Origin: a virus
Taxonomy: Duplodnaviria > Caudoviricetes
Length of the DNA stretch: 30,702 nucleotides
Virus record (IMG/VR): IMGVR_UViG_3300037465_000354
Location: 1 to 30,702 of that record
Strand: one strand, 5' to 3'
A program made the position numbers and the translations under genes. Below are positions 12,693 through 22,169 of the stretch, in pieces. Numbering within the stretch: the first letter of the stretch is position 1; every line of letters begins with the position of its first letter. Below the pieces are notes generated by a model. That model was not told the origin of the DNA, searched no databases, and worked only from the letters and a program-made list of their open reading frames with translations.

Positions 12693-15299
12693 CTAGTAGG
12701 CCAGCACGACCGGGTCGTCGAGGCCCTTCGCCGCGTCGTCGAGCGTGAGCCAGTCGGTATGGGCGGGCAGCTCCTCCCAGTCGTACCAGATGTCCCAGAC
12801 GAGCCCGCCGCCGGACACCTCGACCTCGCGGCCCACGACCGTCCCGAGCAGCCCGCTGATGAGCCAGCGGTCGGCGGTGAGCGTGATGTGGCGGGTGATC
12901 TCGATGCTCAGCGCTCGCGGGAAGGGCCGTGCCTGGTCCTTGATGCGCAGGCGGACGCGGGCCTCGCTCCAGCGCCAGTTGCGGTAGTCGCCGAGCCCCT
13001 CGGCCGCGCCCCGTGAGGAGATGAAGGGACTGTCGACGGTGGCGCCGTCGCGCTGCCCGAGCCGCAGGACGGAGTCGTACTCGATGCGCTCGAGCTGCTC
13101 GGGCTCGAGCGGCACGTAGGGCGTACCGCTGATGCCCCAGAACTCGATGTCGTCGGCGGCCGTCGCGATGGTCTCGACCTCGAGCCGCCGGGGGTGGTCG
13201 ACGACGACGCTCGTCACGGTCGCCGCCGTCGTGCCGTCGAACATGAGCACCTGCTGGTCGGCCACGGGGACGGAGAACTCGACGACCCTGCGGTGACGGT
13301 CGCCCAGGGCCATCGGGAACGGCACGAACGCATCGGGGTAGGCCACGACCTGCCGCGGCTTCGCAAGGGCGATGAGGGGCGTGCGGCCAGCCGGGTACAC
13401 GCGGTAGCGCGCGTCGCGCACGGTGACGATGAGCGGCTCGGGGATGCCGGTCTCGTCGCCGATGCGGTCATCGGTGTAGGTCAGGTACGGTGGCAGATGC
13501 GGGTCGGCGTCACCCCTGTAAGTGGTCTCCGCCTGGAAGGCGTCGGCCGCCCGGGCCACGAACGTATAGGCTCCCGAGCCGAAGTTCACGTCGGCCGGCA
13601 GTGTCAGGCGCTCGTAGGCCTGCCAGGTCACGAGCTGGCGATTCTCCACGGCCTCGTGGGACAGGCGGTACTCGTCGATGTCCCCGATCGTGTCGGCCTC
13701 GTCCTCGTCGACCGTCCAGTCGCTGTCGCCGCTCGTGATCGTCGTGCGGTCGGTCGTGTCGTAGACCCACCACTTGTTCGCGTCGGTCTTGAAGTCGATC
13801 CGCGCCGTGACGCCCGTGGCCGCGTCGAGCTGGCGCAGGTACTCGGCGAGGCGCACGTAGCCGGGCGTGCCGTCCCAGAACTCGTTGCCCTCGATCGCCC
13901 CCGTGTCGAGCTGCATGCGCGACGAGCCGATGGTCGAGCTGCGCGAGGGCCGCTGACCGAGCAGGAGGGCCTGGGCCCAGGCGTGACGGCGGGCCTCGTG
14001 GTAGGCGCACTCGGCGAAGTCCTGGCGGATCTCGGCGTCACCGTAGATGCCCAGCGGGTCGACGCCGCTGATGGTCACGGTGTCCGCCCTGGGGTCGGGC
14101 TCGATGGTGCGGATCGCGCCGCCGTACATCGGCCACATCTCGTGGTCGTACCAGGCGCGGACGAGGAAGCGCTTGCCCTGCTCCACCGAGCCGTACAGCG
14201 CGCCCGAGGCGTTGCGCGGGTCGTACTCGTGAGCGGTGTTGCCGAGCGCGATCGACCATGTCCCGACCGGCTGGGCTCGCCCATCGAACGAGCCACCGTC
14301 ACGGTAGCGCAGCCGCTCCAGGGCGGTGCCCAGCTCGTCGTGGACCTCGTAGACCTCGACCGCGTCGATCTCGAACGTGTTCGCGGCCGCGGCCGCGTTG
14401 CGCATGATGACCGAGACCCCGGTGCGATCCGCGGACGGCGTCCAGTCCAGCGTGTAGACCTCCCAGTCCGCGGTGAGCGTCGTGGTCGGGGCGACCCGGT
14501 CGCTGGCGCCCACGTCCCCGAGGCCGGGGATCATGTCCGGCGAGCCCGAGATGGTGCGCGCGCAGAAGCGCAGGCGGTACGTGCGCCCGGAGAGGAACGT
14601 CCGCCCGCCGAGGTCGTAGTCGGCGCCGGAGAAGATGGTCGTGGTCGTCGCGATGCGCAGGTTGCCCGAGCCCTGCGGGGGAAGCGATGTGACCCGCGTG
14701 AGGGTGGCGCCCCCGTTCGGGGACCAGCCGCTCGTGTCCACGTCGAACGTGCCGTTCTCGATCTGACTGAAGGCCTCGGGCATGTAGATGGCCACGTCGT
14801 CGATGCGGATCGTGGTGGCCTGCGCGACGGCCGACACGATGGCCAGCTGGGCGTCCGTGCGGTTCCCCGCCGGCATCCACAGCACGCGGTAGGGACGCCA
14901 GTCCGACGAGAGTTCGGGGATGACGAGCGTGCCACGGTCGCTGCTCGTGCCCTCCGAGCCGAGGATGAGCCTCACCCACCGCGGGCCGCTCACCCACTTG
15001 GCCCAGACGATGGCGGCGTACACCGCGCCGTAGCTCGCCTCGGCAAAGAACGTGTAGCTCCCGAGGTCGTAGTTGGCCCCGCTGTCGGCCGTGGCCGCCG
15101 TGACGAGCTCGGCGCAGGCGGAGCCGGAGTGGGCATCGGTCGTGATGCGCGTGATGCTCGTGCCGGCCGCGTTGATGCCGGCCGCGACGGACCAGCCGGA
15201 CGTGCTCGACTCGAAGCCGCCGTTAGCGCAGCGGTCGAACTGCTCGGGGCGCCACAGGATGCGGGCGTGCAGGAGCGGGACGCTCGTGTCGACGGCCAT
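12693..15299 (-). CDS. Tail-tip hub (Tal/gp27-like) with two CBM4-like domains
   Basis: TGATG coupling to the tape measure; NGGFES...GWS and ENGTFD...GWS repeats; then a G...I.L.N...Y.P.N hub segment; ends WLTLDD..GLD..VLAY. Confidence 0.8.
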   Translation of the reverse strand: MAVDTSVPLLHARILWRPEQFDRCANGGFESSTSGWSVAAGINAAGTSITRITTDAHSGSACAELVTAATADSGANYDLGSYTFFAEASYGAVYAAIVWAKWVSGPRWVRLILGSEGTSSDRGTLVIPELSSDWRPYRVLWMPAGNRTDAQLAIVSAVAQATTIRIDDVAIYMPEAFSQIENGTFDVDTSGWSPNGGATLTRVTSLPPQGSGNLRIATTTTIFSGADYDLGGRTFLSGRTYRLRFCARTISGSPDMIPGLGDVGASDRVAPTTTLTADWEVYTLDWTPSADRTGVSVIMRNAAAAANTFEIDAVEVYEVHDELGTALERLRYRDGGSFDGRAQPVGTWSIALGNTAHEYDPRNASGALYGSVEQGKRFLVRAWYDHEMWPMYGGAIRTIEPDPRADTVTISGVDPLGIYGDAEIRQDFAECAYHEARRHAWAQALLLGQRPSRSSTIGSSRMQLDTGAIEGNEFWDGTPGYVRLAEYLRQLDAATGVTARIDFKTDANKWWVYDTTDRTTITSGDSDWTVDEDEADTIGDIDEYRLSHEAVENRQLVTWQAYERLTLPADVNFGSGAYTFVARAADAFQAETTYRGDADPHLPPYLTYTDDRIGDETGIPEPLIVTVRDARYRVYPAGRTPLIALAKPRQVVAYPDAFVPFPMALGDRHRRVVEFSVPVADQQVLMFDGTTAATVTSVVVDHPRRLEVETIATAADDIEFWGISGTPYVPLEPEQLERIEYDSVLRLGQRDGATVDSPFISSRGAAEGLGDYRNWRWSEARVRLRIKDQARPFPRALSIEITRHITLTADRWLISGLLGTVVGREVEVSGGGLVWDIWYDWEELPAHTDWLTLDDAAKGLDDPVVLAY

Positions 15300-17020
15300 C
15301 AGACGCCGGGCGCCAGACGCTGGCCGCGCATCCAGCGCACGATGGACGGGCCGAGCCGGTCCATGAAGCGCTGCGCCTCGGCCTCGGACGCGGTGCTGAA
15401 CTGTGGCGCGTAGACGAGCGTGATCGACGCCGCCGGGCTGCTGCGCTGCTCCCTCGGACCGGCCGGGGTCACGGTCGCACCGCTGGCGGTCACGCTCAGC
15501 CACTCACGGCCGTGCTCGCCGACCCAGCCCGCGTCACCGGGGTACATGGGATTCATGCCACGCGGGTTGTCCTTGCGGGCGCCCCGGTCGAGTCCGACAC
15601 GCATCGTGAAGCCCGAGCCCTGCTGCGTGATGAAGGGCAGCTCCCCGAGCCTCGCCAGCTCCAGCTGCACGGCGTTGACGAGCGCCCTGGCCTCGGCCGC
15701 GGCATCCCTCTTGCCGCTACGGATGGCCCACACGAGCTTGCGGTTGGCGGCCGCCTGCCGGTCGCGGAGCCAGTCGGCATAGCGCTCACCGGCGAACGGA
15801 TGCTCCATGGCCCAGCGGAGGTCCTGCATGGCCGCGCGCACCCTGTCCTTGTCCTCGCGGATCGTGTCGCGCAGGGACGGGCCGAGGTCATCGATGCTGC
15901 GCACGATCGAGTCCACGGCGGCGTCGGTCTCCGTGGCGAGGTCACCCATCGCCTCGCCCGTGGCCTCCATCGCCTCGCGATCCCTCGCGAGCACACCGAT
16001 GCGCCCCTCGATGTTGCGGACGAAGTTGGCCATCGGGAGGTTCGCAGCCGCGGCCCGCTCCGCGTATGCCCGGAACTGCTCGGCCGTCATGCCCATCTCG
16101 TCTGCGAGGTGACCGAAGGCGAGCACGACCAGGTCCGCGTTGACGGTGTTGCCCTCCATCGCGTCGCGCAGCATCTCGAAGGACCTGACCGCGGTGGTGA
16201 TGGGATCGAACGCCATGCCAACCCCGGTGAGCACGTCGTCGATGGCGCCCGTGAGCGCCTTGACCTGCGGCACGACCTGATCGCGCACGACGACAGCGAG
16301 GTCGCGCATGACGGGCAGCAGCTCCTGCCCGATGTCCTCCGTGATGTCGTCCAGCTCGATCCGAAGGGACGCGAAGGAGCCCAGAGCGGTGTCCGCATAG
16401 GTCTCGGCCTGGCCCGCAGCCCGTCGCTGGATCTCCGCGAGCGCCTCGGTGGCCGTCACGCCCCGCTCCAGCTGGATGCCGTAGCGCGACAGGATGCCGG
16501 TGTTGCCTGCGTAGACCTTGCCGATGAGGTCTGACGCGGTCGCCAGGTCGATGCCCCGCAGGCGGGCGAGGTCCATGGCCTGGCGCGAGAGTCGCAGCGC
16601 CTCGGCGTGGTCCTTCGTGACCGCCACGAGGCGGGTCAGGGAATCGCGCTGCTCGTCGTCGCTGAACGCGAGCCGCAGACGCGACTCGATGACCTCCTCG
16701 ATGGCCTCGACGTTGCCATCCCACGCACTGTCATTCGCCTCGACCGCGGCGGTGAGACGTGCGATGGCTGCCTCTTCCTCGGCGGCCGCCATGGCGGCGC
16801 CCCCCAGGAACTCGGTGACCATGCCGATGCCGCGCCCCACGAGCGCCACGGGATCGAGCATCTGCCCGAAGGACTGGCCCACGCCCTGGAGCACGCTCCC
16901 GACGAGCCCGCCCTTCCTGGCCATCTGGTCGAGGTGTCCCAGGAAGGCCCCGATCCTGCCGCTGGCGAGGTCCTGCGCGAGGATCCGCAGGGTGAGGGTG
17001 CCATCCTCCTTGTAGGCCAT
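15299..17020 (-). CDS. Tape measure protein (573 aa)
   Basis: Follows the chaperones; Ala-rich helical; AMDLAR.RGIDL.TA...GK...G...L.RYGI core; WVGEHGRE near the C-terminus. Confidence 0.9.
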   Translation of the reverse strand: MAYKEDGTLTLRILAQDLASGRIGAFLGHLDQMARKGGLVGSVLQGVGQSFGQMLDPVALVGRGIGMVTEFLGGAAMAAAEEEAAIARLTAAVEANDSAWDGNVEAIEEVIESRLRLAFSDDEQRDSLTRLVAVTKDHAEALRLSRQAMDLARLRGIDLATASDLIGKVYAGNTGILSRYGIQLERGVTATEALAEIQRRAAGQAETYADTALGSFASLRIELDDITEDIGQELLPVMRDLAVVVRDQVVPQVKALTGAIDDVLTGVGMAFDPITTAVRSFEMLRDAMEGNTVNADLVVLAFGHLADEMGMTAEQFRAYAERAAAANLPMANFVRNIEGRIGVLARDREAMEATGEAMGDLATETDAAVDSIVRSIDDLGPSLRDTIREDKDRVRAAMQDLRWAMEHPFAGERYADWLRDRQAAANRKLVWAIRSGKRDAAAEARALVNAVQLELARLGELPFITQQGSGFTMRVGLDRGARKDNPRGMNPMYPGDAGWVGEHGREWLSVTASGATVTPAGPREQRSSPAASITLVYAPQFSTASEAEAQRFMDRLGPSIVRWMRGQRLAPGV

Positions 17021-17024
17021 GAGG

Positions 17025-17506
17025 TCAGACCTCCAGGATGCCGAGGCGCTCGAAGATGGACGTGAGCCAGAACCAGCGGCTCACCTCGGCCTCGGTCGGC
17101 GGCCGCTCAGGGTGGACGATCGCCCAGGGCGGGACGCCCCAGGCGCGAGCGACGCGGATGACGGTGTGGCCGAATGGGACGGCGACCCCGCCACCGGCGC
17201 CGAGTCGGGCGCTGGCGACGTCATCTCGGAGCCCGTCCCTGATGCCGGGGGGAGCGCATCGTCCTCCGTGAGGACGGCCCACTCCCGCAGGATGGCCAGG
17301 AGGCGCTGCTCGGTCATGTCCGTGAGGGGGCCGTCCCACGAGCGCCAGGTCACGGCCCGCTCGAGGATGGCGGCGTAGGCCTCCATCCGGGCGAGGAACG
17401 CGCGCGGCGGATCCTCGGCATCGAGCGCGACGATCGCGAGCTTGTCGCTGATGTACATGGGTCGCAGCTCCAGGCTGCGGCCGTCGGGCAGGTCGATGCG
17501 GGCCAT
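17025..17506 (-). CDS. Tail assembly chaperones G (17081-17506) and GT via -1 frameshift
   Basis: Between tail tube and tape measure; C CCC CCG at 17246-17252; the -1 frame gives VARAWGVPPW..RW and stops at 17025. Confidence 0.82.
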
Positions 17507-17527
17507 GGGTCCCTCCTGACAGGGCGA

Positions 17528-17559
17528 GCCCGCCCCCGGCGTCAGGACCGGGGGCGGGC
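17528..17559 (-). terminator. GC hairpin after the tail tube gene (terminator or stabiliser; possible pseudoknot)
   Basis: 12-bp perfect stem, 8-nt loop, no U tract. Confidence 0.6.
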
Positions 17560-17573
17560 ATGTGGTGTGGCGG

Positions 17574-18641
17574 TCACGCGCTCGTGTACGCGGTGCTCAC
17601 GGTGTTGATCGTGTAGAGCTGCCAGGACGCGGTGAGGGCGGAGTCGTAGACGCCCTCCAGGCCGAAGCGCTGATACCAGATGCCGTCCACGTACTCGCCG
17701 CCGAACTCGCCCTGCTCGACGTGCTTGCCGACGAAGTCGAGGCGGATCGTGTTCCTCGCCGTCGTCGCGCCCACGACGGCACCCTCGGCGATGATGCGCA
17801 CCTTACGCAACGTCTTCGTGAACGAGGAGCCCAGGTAGGCGTCGACCTCGGTCTTGTCGCTGAACTTGCGCAGGAACGTGAGGCTCGCGCTCCAGCCCTG
17901 CGGGCGGTGCATGGAGGTGTGAACGCCGGTGTTGTCCATCCCGTCATGGAAGGCGGCCGGGCGGGAGAGACGGAACGTGGCCTCGGTGATGCTCGGGTCG
18001 GCCGTGGTGCCGATGGTGCTCGTGTCCACGTAGGACTTGAGCTGCTGGCCGAGGGCCATCGTCTGCGCCCGGTCAGAGAGCGAGCCCGTGAAGGCCGTGA
18101 TCTGCGTGGCCGCGGACGCGGTCCGGAAGGTGGCGTTCATGGTCACGCCGGTGTCGGTGCCGCTGGCGCGCTTCTTGAGGATCAGCTCCAGCTCCTCTCC
18201 GACGAGCCCCGGGATCGACCAGCCGACCGTGCTGATGAGGTCCGAGGTCGAGAACTGGAGGTGCAGCGAACGGACGCCGTTGGCCCCGACGGTGTGATCG
18301 GTCTGGTGCGGCGTCCACGTGCGCGTGTAGGCGGTGGTGTCGAGGACCGAGCCGGCCACGCCGCCCGAGGCTGCGAAGGCCGTCCACCACCAGCCGGCGT
18401 CCTCGAAGCTGCACCGGACGTTACTGATGCGGACGACGACGTCCTGCATGCCGGGGTAGACGTCCGCCAGGCTGTCGCCCTTGTTCCACGCGCGTTCGTC
18501 GCGGAGGGTCTCGACGGCCTGGCGCACGGTGATGCCGCCGCCCTTGGGGATGTACAGCAGGCGCGTGGGCGTCGTCGCCGCGCCCTCCGTCGTCTCGATG
18601 GCGCCTCGCAGCGTCTCGGTGACGATCATGCCGGTCGCCAT
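17574..18641 (-). CDS. Major tail (tube) protein
   Basis: Position; E.T.G...TPT N-terminus; beta-rich and Thr-rich; followed by a hairpin and the chaperone. Confidence 0.8.
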   Translation of the reverse strand: MATGMIVTETLRGAIETTEGAATTPTRLLYIPKGGGITVRQAVETLRDERAWNKGDSLADVYPGMQDVVVRISNVRCSFEDAGWWWTAFAASGGVAGSVLDTTAYTRTWTPHQTDHTVGANGVRSLHLQFSTSDLISTVGWSIPGLVGEELELILKKRASGTDTGVTMNATFRTASAATQITAFTGSLSDRAQTMALGQQLKSYVDTSTIGTTADPSITEATFRLSRPAAFHDGMDNTGVHTSMHRPQGWSASLTFLRKFSDKTEVDAYLGSSFTKTLRKVRIIAEGAVVGATTARNTIRLDFVGKHVEQGEFGGEYVDGIWYQRFGLEGVYDSALTASWQLYTINTVSTAYTSA

Positions 18642-18644
18642 GGA

Positions 18645-18842
18645 TCAGTCCTCCGTCTCGGCCGGGGCGTCCGGCGCTGGAGCCGCCGGCACCGCCGGCG
18701 GCTGGTCGGTGAAGGGGCAGGGCGAATACGTCCGCAGCTCGGCCCACTGCTCGACCGTGGCGTCCCACTCGACCGCGGGGTAGGGGTAGAGCGAGACGCC
18801 CTCGACGGGGTAGAGGCGGACCGTCCTCTCGGGTCTGGGCAT
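18645..18842 (-). CDS. Small hypothetical protein (65 aa)
   Basis: GAGG RBS + ATG 18842; fills the gap before the tail tube gene. Confidence 0.65.
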   Translation of the reverse strand: MPRPERTVRLYPVEGVSLYPYPAVEWDATVEQWAELRTYSPCPFTDQPPAVPAAPAPDAPAETED

Positions 18843-18850
18843 GGGGGACC

Positions 18851-19294
18851 TCACGTCGCGTAGTCGTCGGACAGGTACAGCTCGAGGGCCTCGAGCCGGA
18901 TGGGCAGGATCAAGAAGGGCTTGCCGTGCGCCTCGTCGGTCTCGATGGCGCCGTAGCCGGTCATCTCCACGCGGGTCGCGGTCGCGTTGGCGTCGAGGTC
19001 CGTGCGGAACAGGACGCGGCAGCGCTCGACGAAGGGGACGATGGTCTTGTAGGCGTATCCGATGTCGGTCGCGTTGACCCAGATGTCGAGCTCGATGTCG
19101 TGGACGAAGCCCTCGTGGTTGCCGGCCGCGAGAGCGCCGCCGTCGGCCCACACGATGGCCACCGGCCAGTCGTCGACCGAGCGCGGGACGATCGTGGCGC
19201 CCTCCGCGGACGAGGCCGCCGACCAGGCCGCCTTGAGCCCGCTGAGGCTGGCGGCGCGGACCGCGATGCGGTCCATGATCGCGTCGAGGGCCAC
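18851..19294 (-). CDS. Putative tail terminator / completion protein
   Basis: Position and size (147 aa); acidic; P.AIV and alternating beta pattern. Confidence 0.65.
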   Translation of the reverse strand: MALDAIMDRIAVRAASLSGLKAAWSAASSAEGATIVPRSVDDWPVAIVWADGGALAAGNHEGFVHDIELDIWVNATDIGYAYKTIVPFVERCRVLFRTDLDANATATRVEMTGYGAIETDEAHGKPFLILPIRLEALELYLSDDYAT

Positions 19295-19297
19295 GGC

Positions 19298-19816
19298 TCA
19301 GCCCTCGAAGAGCACGTCGGACACGACGCGGAGGACGTCGGCGGCGTACCTCTGGGCGGCCCGGTCGACGAAGGGGTTCGCCTGCGACCCTGGATGCCGC
19401 AGGATGCGCGTGGGACGGACCTGGTCGATGCCGAGGACGGCGTAGGGGCTCCGGCCCGGGCGCCTCGTCGCGAGCGAGTGCGGGCGCGTGCCGCGGATGA
19501 CGAGGTGGCGGTGCGGGGCGGTCGGACCCACGATGGCGCCGCGGATGCCGATGCCCAGGCCGGCGCCCTCGCCGCGGGCCGCCCGCGCCCGGACGCTCGC
19601 CCGCAGCCAGCCGGGGCGGTGACGGATCCGCTGGTACCCGGCACGCGTCTCCCGCGGTGTCTCGGCCCGGATTGGGCGCACGAGGTAGTCGGCGGCCTTG
19701 AGCGCGCCCTTCGCCATGCGCTGCCCGAGGGGCGCGCCGCGCCAGCGCTCGAGCCGTGCCCTGAAACGCGCCAGGTCCTGTGGGTCCCAGGCGAACGCGA
19801 CGGGTGATGTCGTCAT
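19298..19816 (-). CDS. HK97 gp10-like neck protein
   Basis: Basic; TP...G.LR.S, HLV..GTRPH, HPG..ANPF..RA motifs. Confidence 0.78.
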   Translation of the reverse strand: MTTSPVAFAWDPQDLARFRARLERWRGAPLGQRMAKGALKAADYLVRPIRAETPRETRAGYQRIRHRPGWLRASVRARAARGEGAGLGIGIRGAIVGPTAPHRHLVIRGTRPHSLATRRPGRSPYAVLGIDQVRPTRILRHPGSQANPFVDRAAQRYAADVLRVVSDVLFEG

Positions 19817-20748
19817 CCGACGTAGGCCCTGCGCACGTAGGGCGAGCCGGCGCCCACGAGCCTCTGGTAGGCATCGCCCGCGTCAGCGAAGACCGGGACG
19901 CCGAACTGGTTGACACCGGACGACTGGCGGCCGCCGCCGGGGCCCGCCCGGTACCACTCGCGGGCCTTGTCGATGACGGCCCGCCTGACGAGCGACGGGA
20001 CCTGCGGGAAGCCGCGGGCACAGACGAGTTCGACGGCGCGCCTCCCCCGCGGCCAGGACGTGACGGAGGCGAGCGGCGACAGGACGATGTCCTCGTAGGG
20101 CCAGTCGACACCTGCGCGCCCAGGCCCGACGCCCGGCTGGAGCAGGTAGCCGGCATCGCCGGCGGTGACCGCGGCGTAGTCGTCGCTCTCGCTGTATCGG
20201 ATGCGCAGCGTCGTGACCGAGAGGATGTCGAGGGGCAGCCCGTCCGTGCAGTAGCCGCCGTTGCCCGTGGCGCTCACGAGGCTCGCGCAGCCGGCACGCT
20301 CCACGTCGACGTACACGGTCCGGTCGCCCGACACCTGCGGGTCGCGATGGAAGCGCCGGTGACAGTCGATGTCCACCTGCTCGGAGGCGTCGACGAGGTA
20401 GTCGAGCAGGAGGTTGTCGCGGCTGGCATCCGGGAGGTCCATCGTCTCCCGGAGGTCCATGAGCGAGGCGTAGGCCGCCAGGCTCGTGGCCTGGAACGGG
20501 GAGGAGTAGGCGCCGAATGCGGAGCCCCCGCTGTTTCCGGCGCGCGACCTGTACCAGGTGCTCGACGTGCCGGCCGAGTCCCAGAACTCGTAGACCGTCG
20601 TGCCGACGACGAGCGCCGTGGAGGTGACGTTGGCGTACGAGCCCGTCTCCGACGTGGCCGAGTCGAGGTACAGCTTCGCCCCGGCCCCGTAGCCCGCGAT
20701 GAGGTCCGCGGGATCCTCGGTCAGGGTCACGGTGACGTGGATGGCCAC
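19813..20748 (-). CDS. Head-tail adaptor with extra N-terminal Ig/FnIII-like domain
   Basis: From ~aa 92: YASL.DLR....D..D.LL..ASE.VD..C.R.F and G...VP..V..A; N-terminal ~88 aa has YEFWD.....WYR.R...S. Confidence 0.75.
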   Translation of the reverse strand: MAIHVTVTLTEDPADLIAGYGAGAKLYLDSATSETGSYANVTSTALVVGTTVYEFWDSAGTSSTWYRSRAGNSGGSAFGAYSSPFQATSLAAYASLMDLRETMDLPDASRDNLLLDYLVDASEQVDIDCHRRFHRDPQVSGDRTVYVDVERAGCASLVSATGNGGYCTDGLPLDILSVTTLRIRYSESDDYAAVTAGDAGYLLQPGVGPGRAGVDWPYEDIVLSPLASVTSWPRGRRAVELVCARGFPQVPSLVRRAVIDKAREWYRAGPGGGRQSSGVNQFGVPVFADAGDAYQRLVGAGSPYVRRAYVG

Positions 20749-20773
20749 GGGGTCCTCCGATGATGAGGGACGG

Positions 20774-21703
20774 CTAGCGGATGTCGGGCGGCTGGTCGGT
20801 CGCCGCGGTGACCTCGGTCCCCGCGCCAGTGGCCTCGGCCCGCGAGCCGCCGCGGTCCGTGACCTCGACGGCCGACGAGGCGCGGCTCACCGCGGCCATG
20901 ACCCGGGCGCCGAAGGCGACGGCTGCGCGGCCCACCGTCGCGACGCCGTAGCCGATGGCGCCCACCACCGTGGCGACGGGCGAATCGGTGGCCACCAAGC
21001 TCTCCGCGGCGGTCCGCATGAACGTGCCCGCCCTCGTGGCCGCGTCGGACAGGCCGAGGGCATCGCTCGCGGTCCGGGCCGCCCCCAGCGTCCGGGTGGC
21101 GACGCCGGACAGCCCGATGGCGTCCGAGACCGCGCGGACCATGGTGACGGCGCGCGTGGCCGCGTCCGAGAGGGTCAGGCCGTCAGCCGCCGAGCGGACC
21201 GCGGTGAGCGTCCGCGTGGCGGCATCGCTGAGGCCGAGTGCATCGCTCGCCTCACGTGTGACGAGCTTGATCGCCGTGGCCGCGTCGGACAGTCCCAGGG
21301 CGTCGGCGGCGGTCCGCAGGAAGGTCCCGGTCCTCGTCGCGGTATCGCTGAGGCCCAGGGCATCGGCGGTCGAGCGGACCGCGGACAGTGCCCTCGTCGC
21401 GGCATCCGAGAGGCCGAGAGCGTCCGTGGCCGAGCGGACCGCGGTCAGGACCCTCGTGGCCGCGTCGGACAGGCCGAGGGCATCGGCGACGGTCCGGGCG
21501 AACGTCCCCACGCGGGTCGCGGCATCGGACAGCCCGAGCGCGTCCGAGACGGCCCGCGCGAAGGTGCCCGTCCGCGTGGCGGCATCACTCAGGCCGAGCG
21601 CATCGGCTGCGGTGCGCTCATGGAGGGTGCCGGTCGCGCCTGCCGCCGGGAGCCATCGGGTGCGTGACCGGGCGCGCGGTCTGCGGCGGTGGATGCCGGC
21701 CAC
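20774..21703 (-). CDS. Tandem-repeat fibre/scaffold protein
   Basis: Arg-rich N-terminus, then 11 x 20-aa repeats (xxxxxRxxxDALGLSDAATR). Confidence 0.8.
   Translation of the reverse strand: MAGIHRRRPRARSRTRWLPAAGATGTLHERTAADALGLSDAATRTGTFARAVSDALGLSDAATRVGTFARTVADALGLSDAATRVLTAVRSATDALGLSDAATRALSAVRSTADALGLSDTATRTGTFLRTAADALGLSDAATAIKLVTREASDALGLSDAATRTLTAVRSAADGLTLSDAATRAVTMVRAVSDAIGLSGVATRTLGAARTASDALGLSDAATRAGTFMRTAAESLVATDSPVATVVGAIGYGVATVGRAAVAFGARVMAAVSRASSAVEVTDRGGSRAEATGAGTEVTAATDQPPDIR
20972..21631 (-). repeat. 60-bp-period tandem repeat, 10 good copies + 1 degenerate
   Basis: Visible at DNA and protein level with synonymous divergence. Confidence 0.92.
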
Positions 21704-21704
21704 A

Positions 21705-22160
21705 TCACACGACCTCCTCGAAGATGAGGCTGCCGCTCACGGTGATCGAGTCGGCTGGTGCGCTCATCCACAGGACCACCGGGTCGTCGTCCGCGGCGAT
21801 GACCGGAGCGACCTCCGGCAGGAACCAGAAGTCCTCGGGGACGCGGATGTTCCACGAGCGGGCGACGAGGATGCTCCCGCTCGTGTGCGCGGTGGTCCGG
21901 TTCGCGCAGGTCGCGCTCGCCGCCGCGCCGTTCGCGTCCATCGCGACAGGGGTGATGGACGAGCCGCCCGAGCCGGCGGTCACCCCGCGCTTGAGCTGGA
22001 GCTGGAGGACCTCCTCCGCGGCGTCGCCGACGTCGGTGTCCTGCCCGATGTTCCATCCCCAGATGCGGATCGGCTTGTCCGCCGCAGCCGTGAGCTCGAA
22101 CAGGTCGGCCGCGGCGGTGATGGCTGTCTCCGGCAGGGTGACGGAGTAGAAGCGGCCCAC
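21705..22160 (-). CDS. Virion-associated beta-sandwich (jelly-roll-like) protein
   Basis: AAGGAGG RBS; alternating beta pattern ending SGSLIFEEV; inside the structural operon. Confidence 0.7.
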   Translation of the reverse strand: MGRFYSVTLPETAITAAADLFELTAAADKPIRIWGWNIGQDTDVGDAAEEVLQLQLKRGVTAGSGGSSITPVAMDANGAAASATCANRTTAHTSGSILVARSWNIRVPEDFWFLPEVAPVIAADDDPVVLWMSAPADSITVSGSLIFEEVV

Positions 22161-22169
22161 GGTGCCTCC

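Noticed and set aside
15300-15503. Longest-ORF starts for hub (15503), terL (30010), GH26 (4434), HNH (606) and holin (1651)
   Set aside because: They overlap upstream genes; coupled or RBS-supported downstream starts were used instead
20972-21631. 60-bp periodic repeat as a CRISPR array or DGR template
   Set aside because: No unique spacers, variation is synonymous within an ORF, and no cas or reverse transcriptase gene is present
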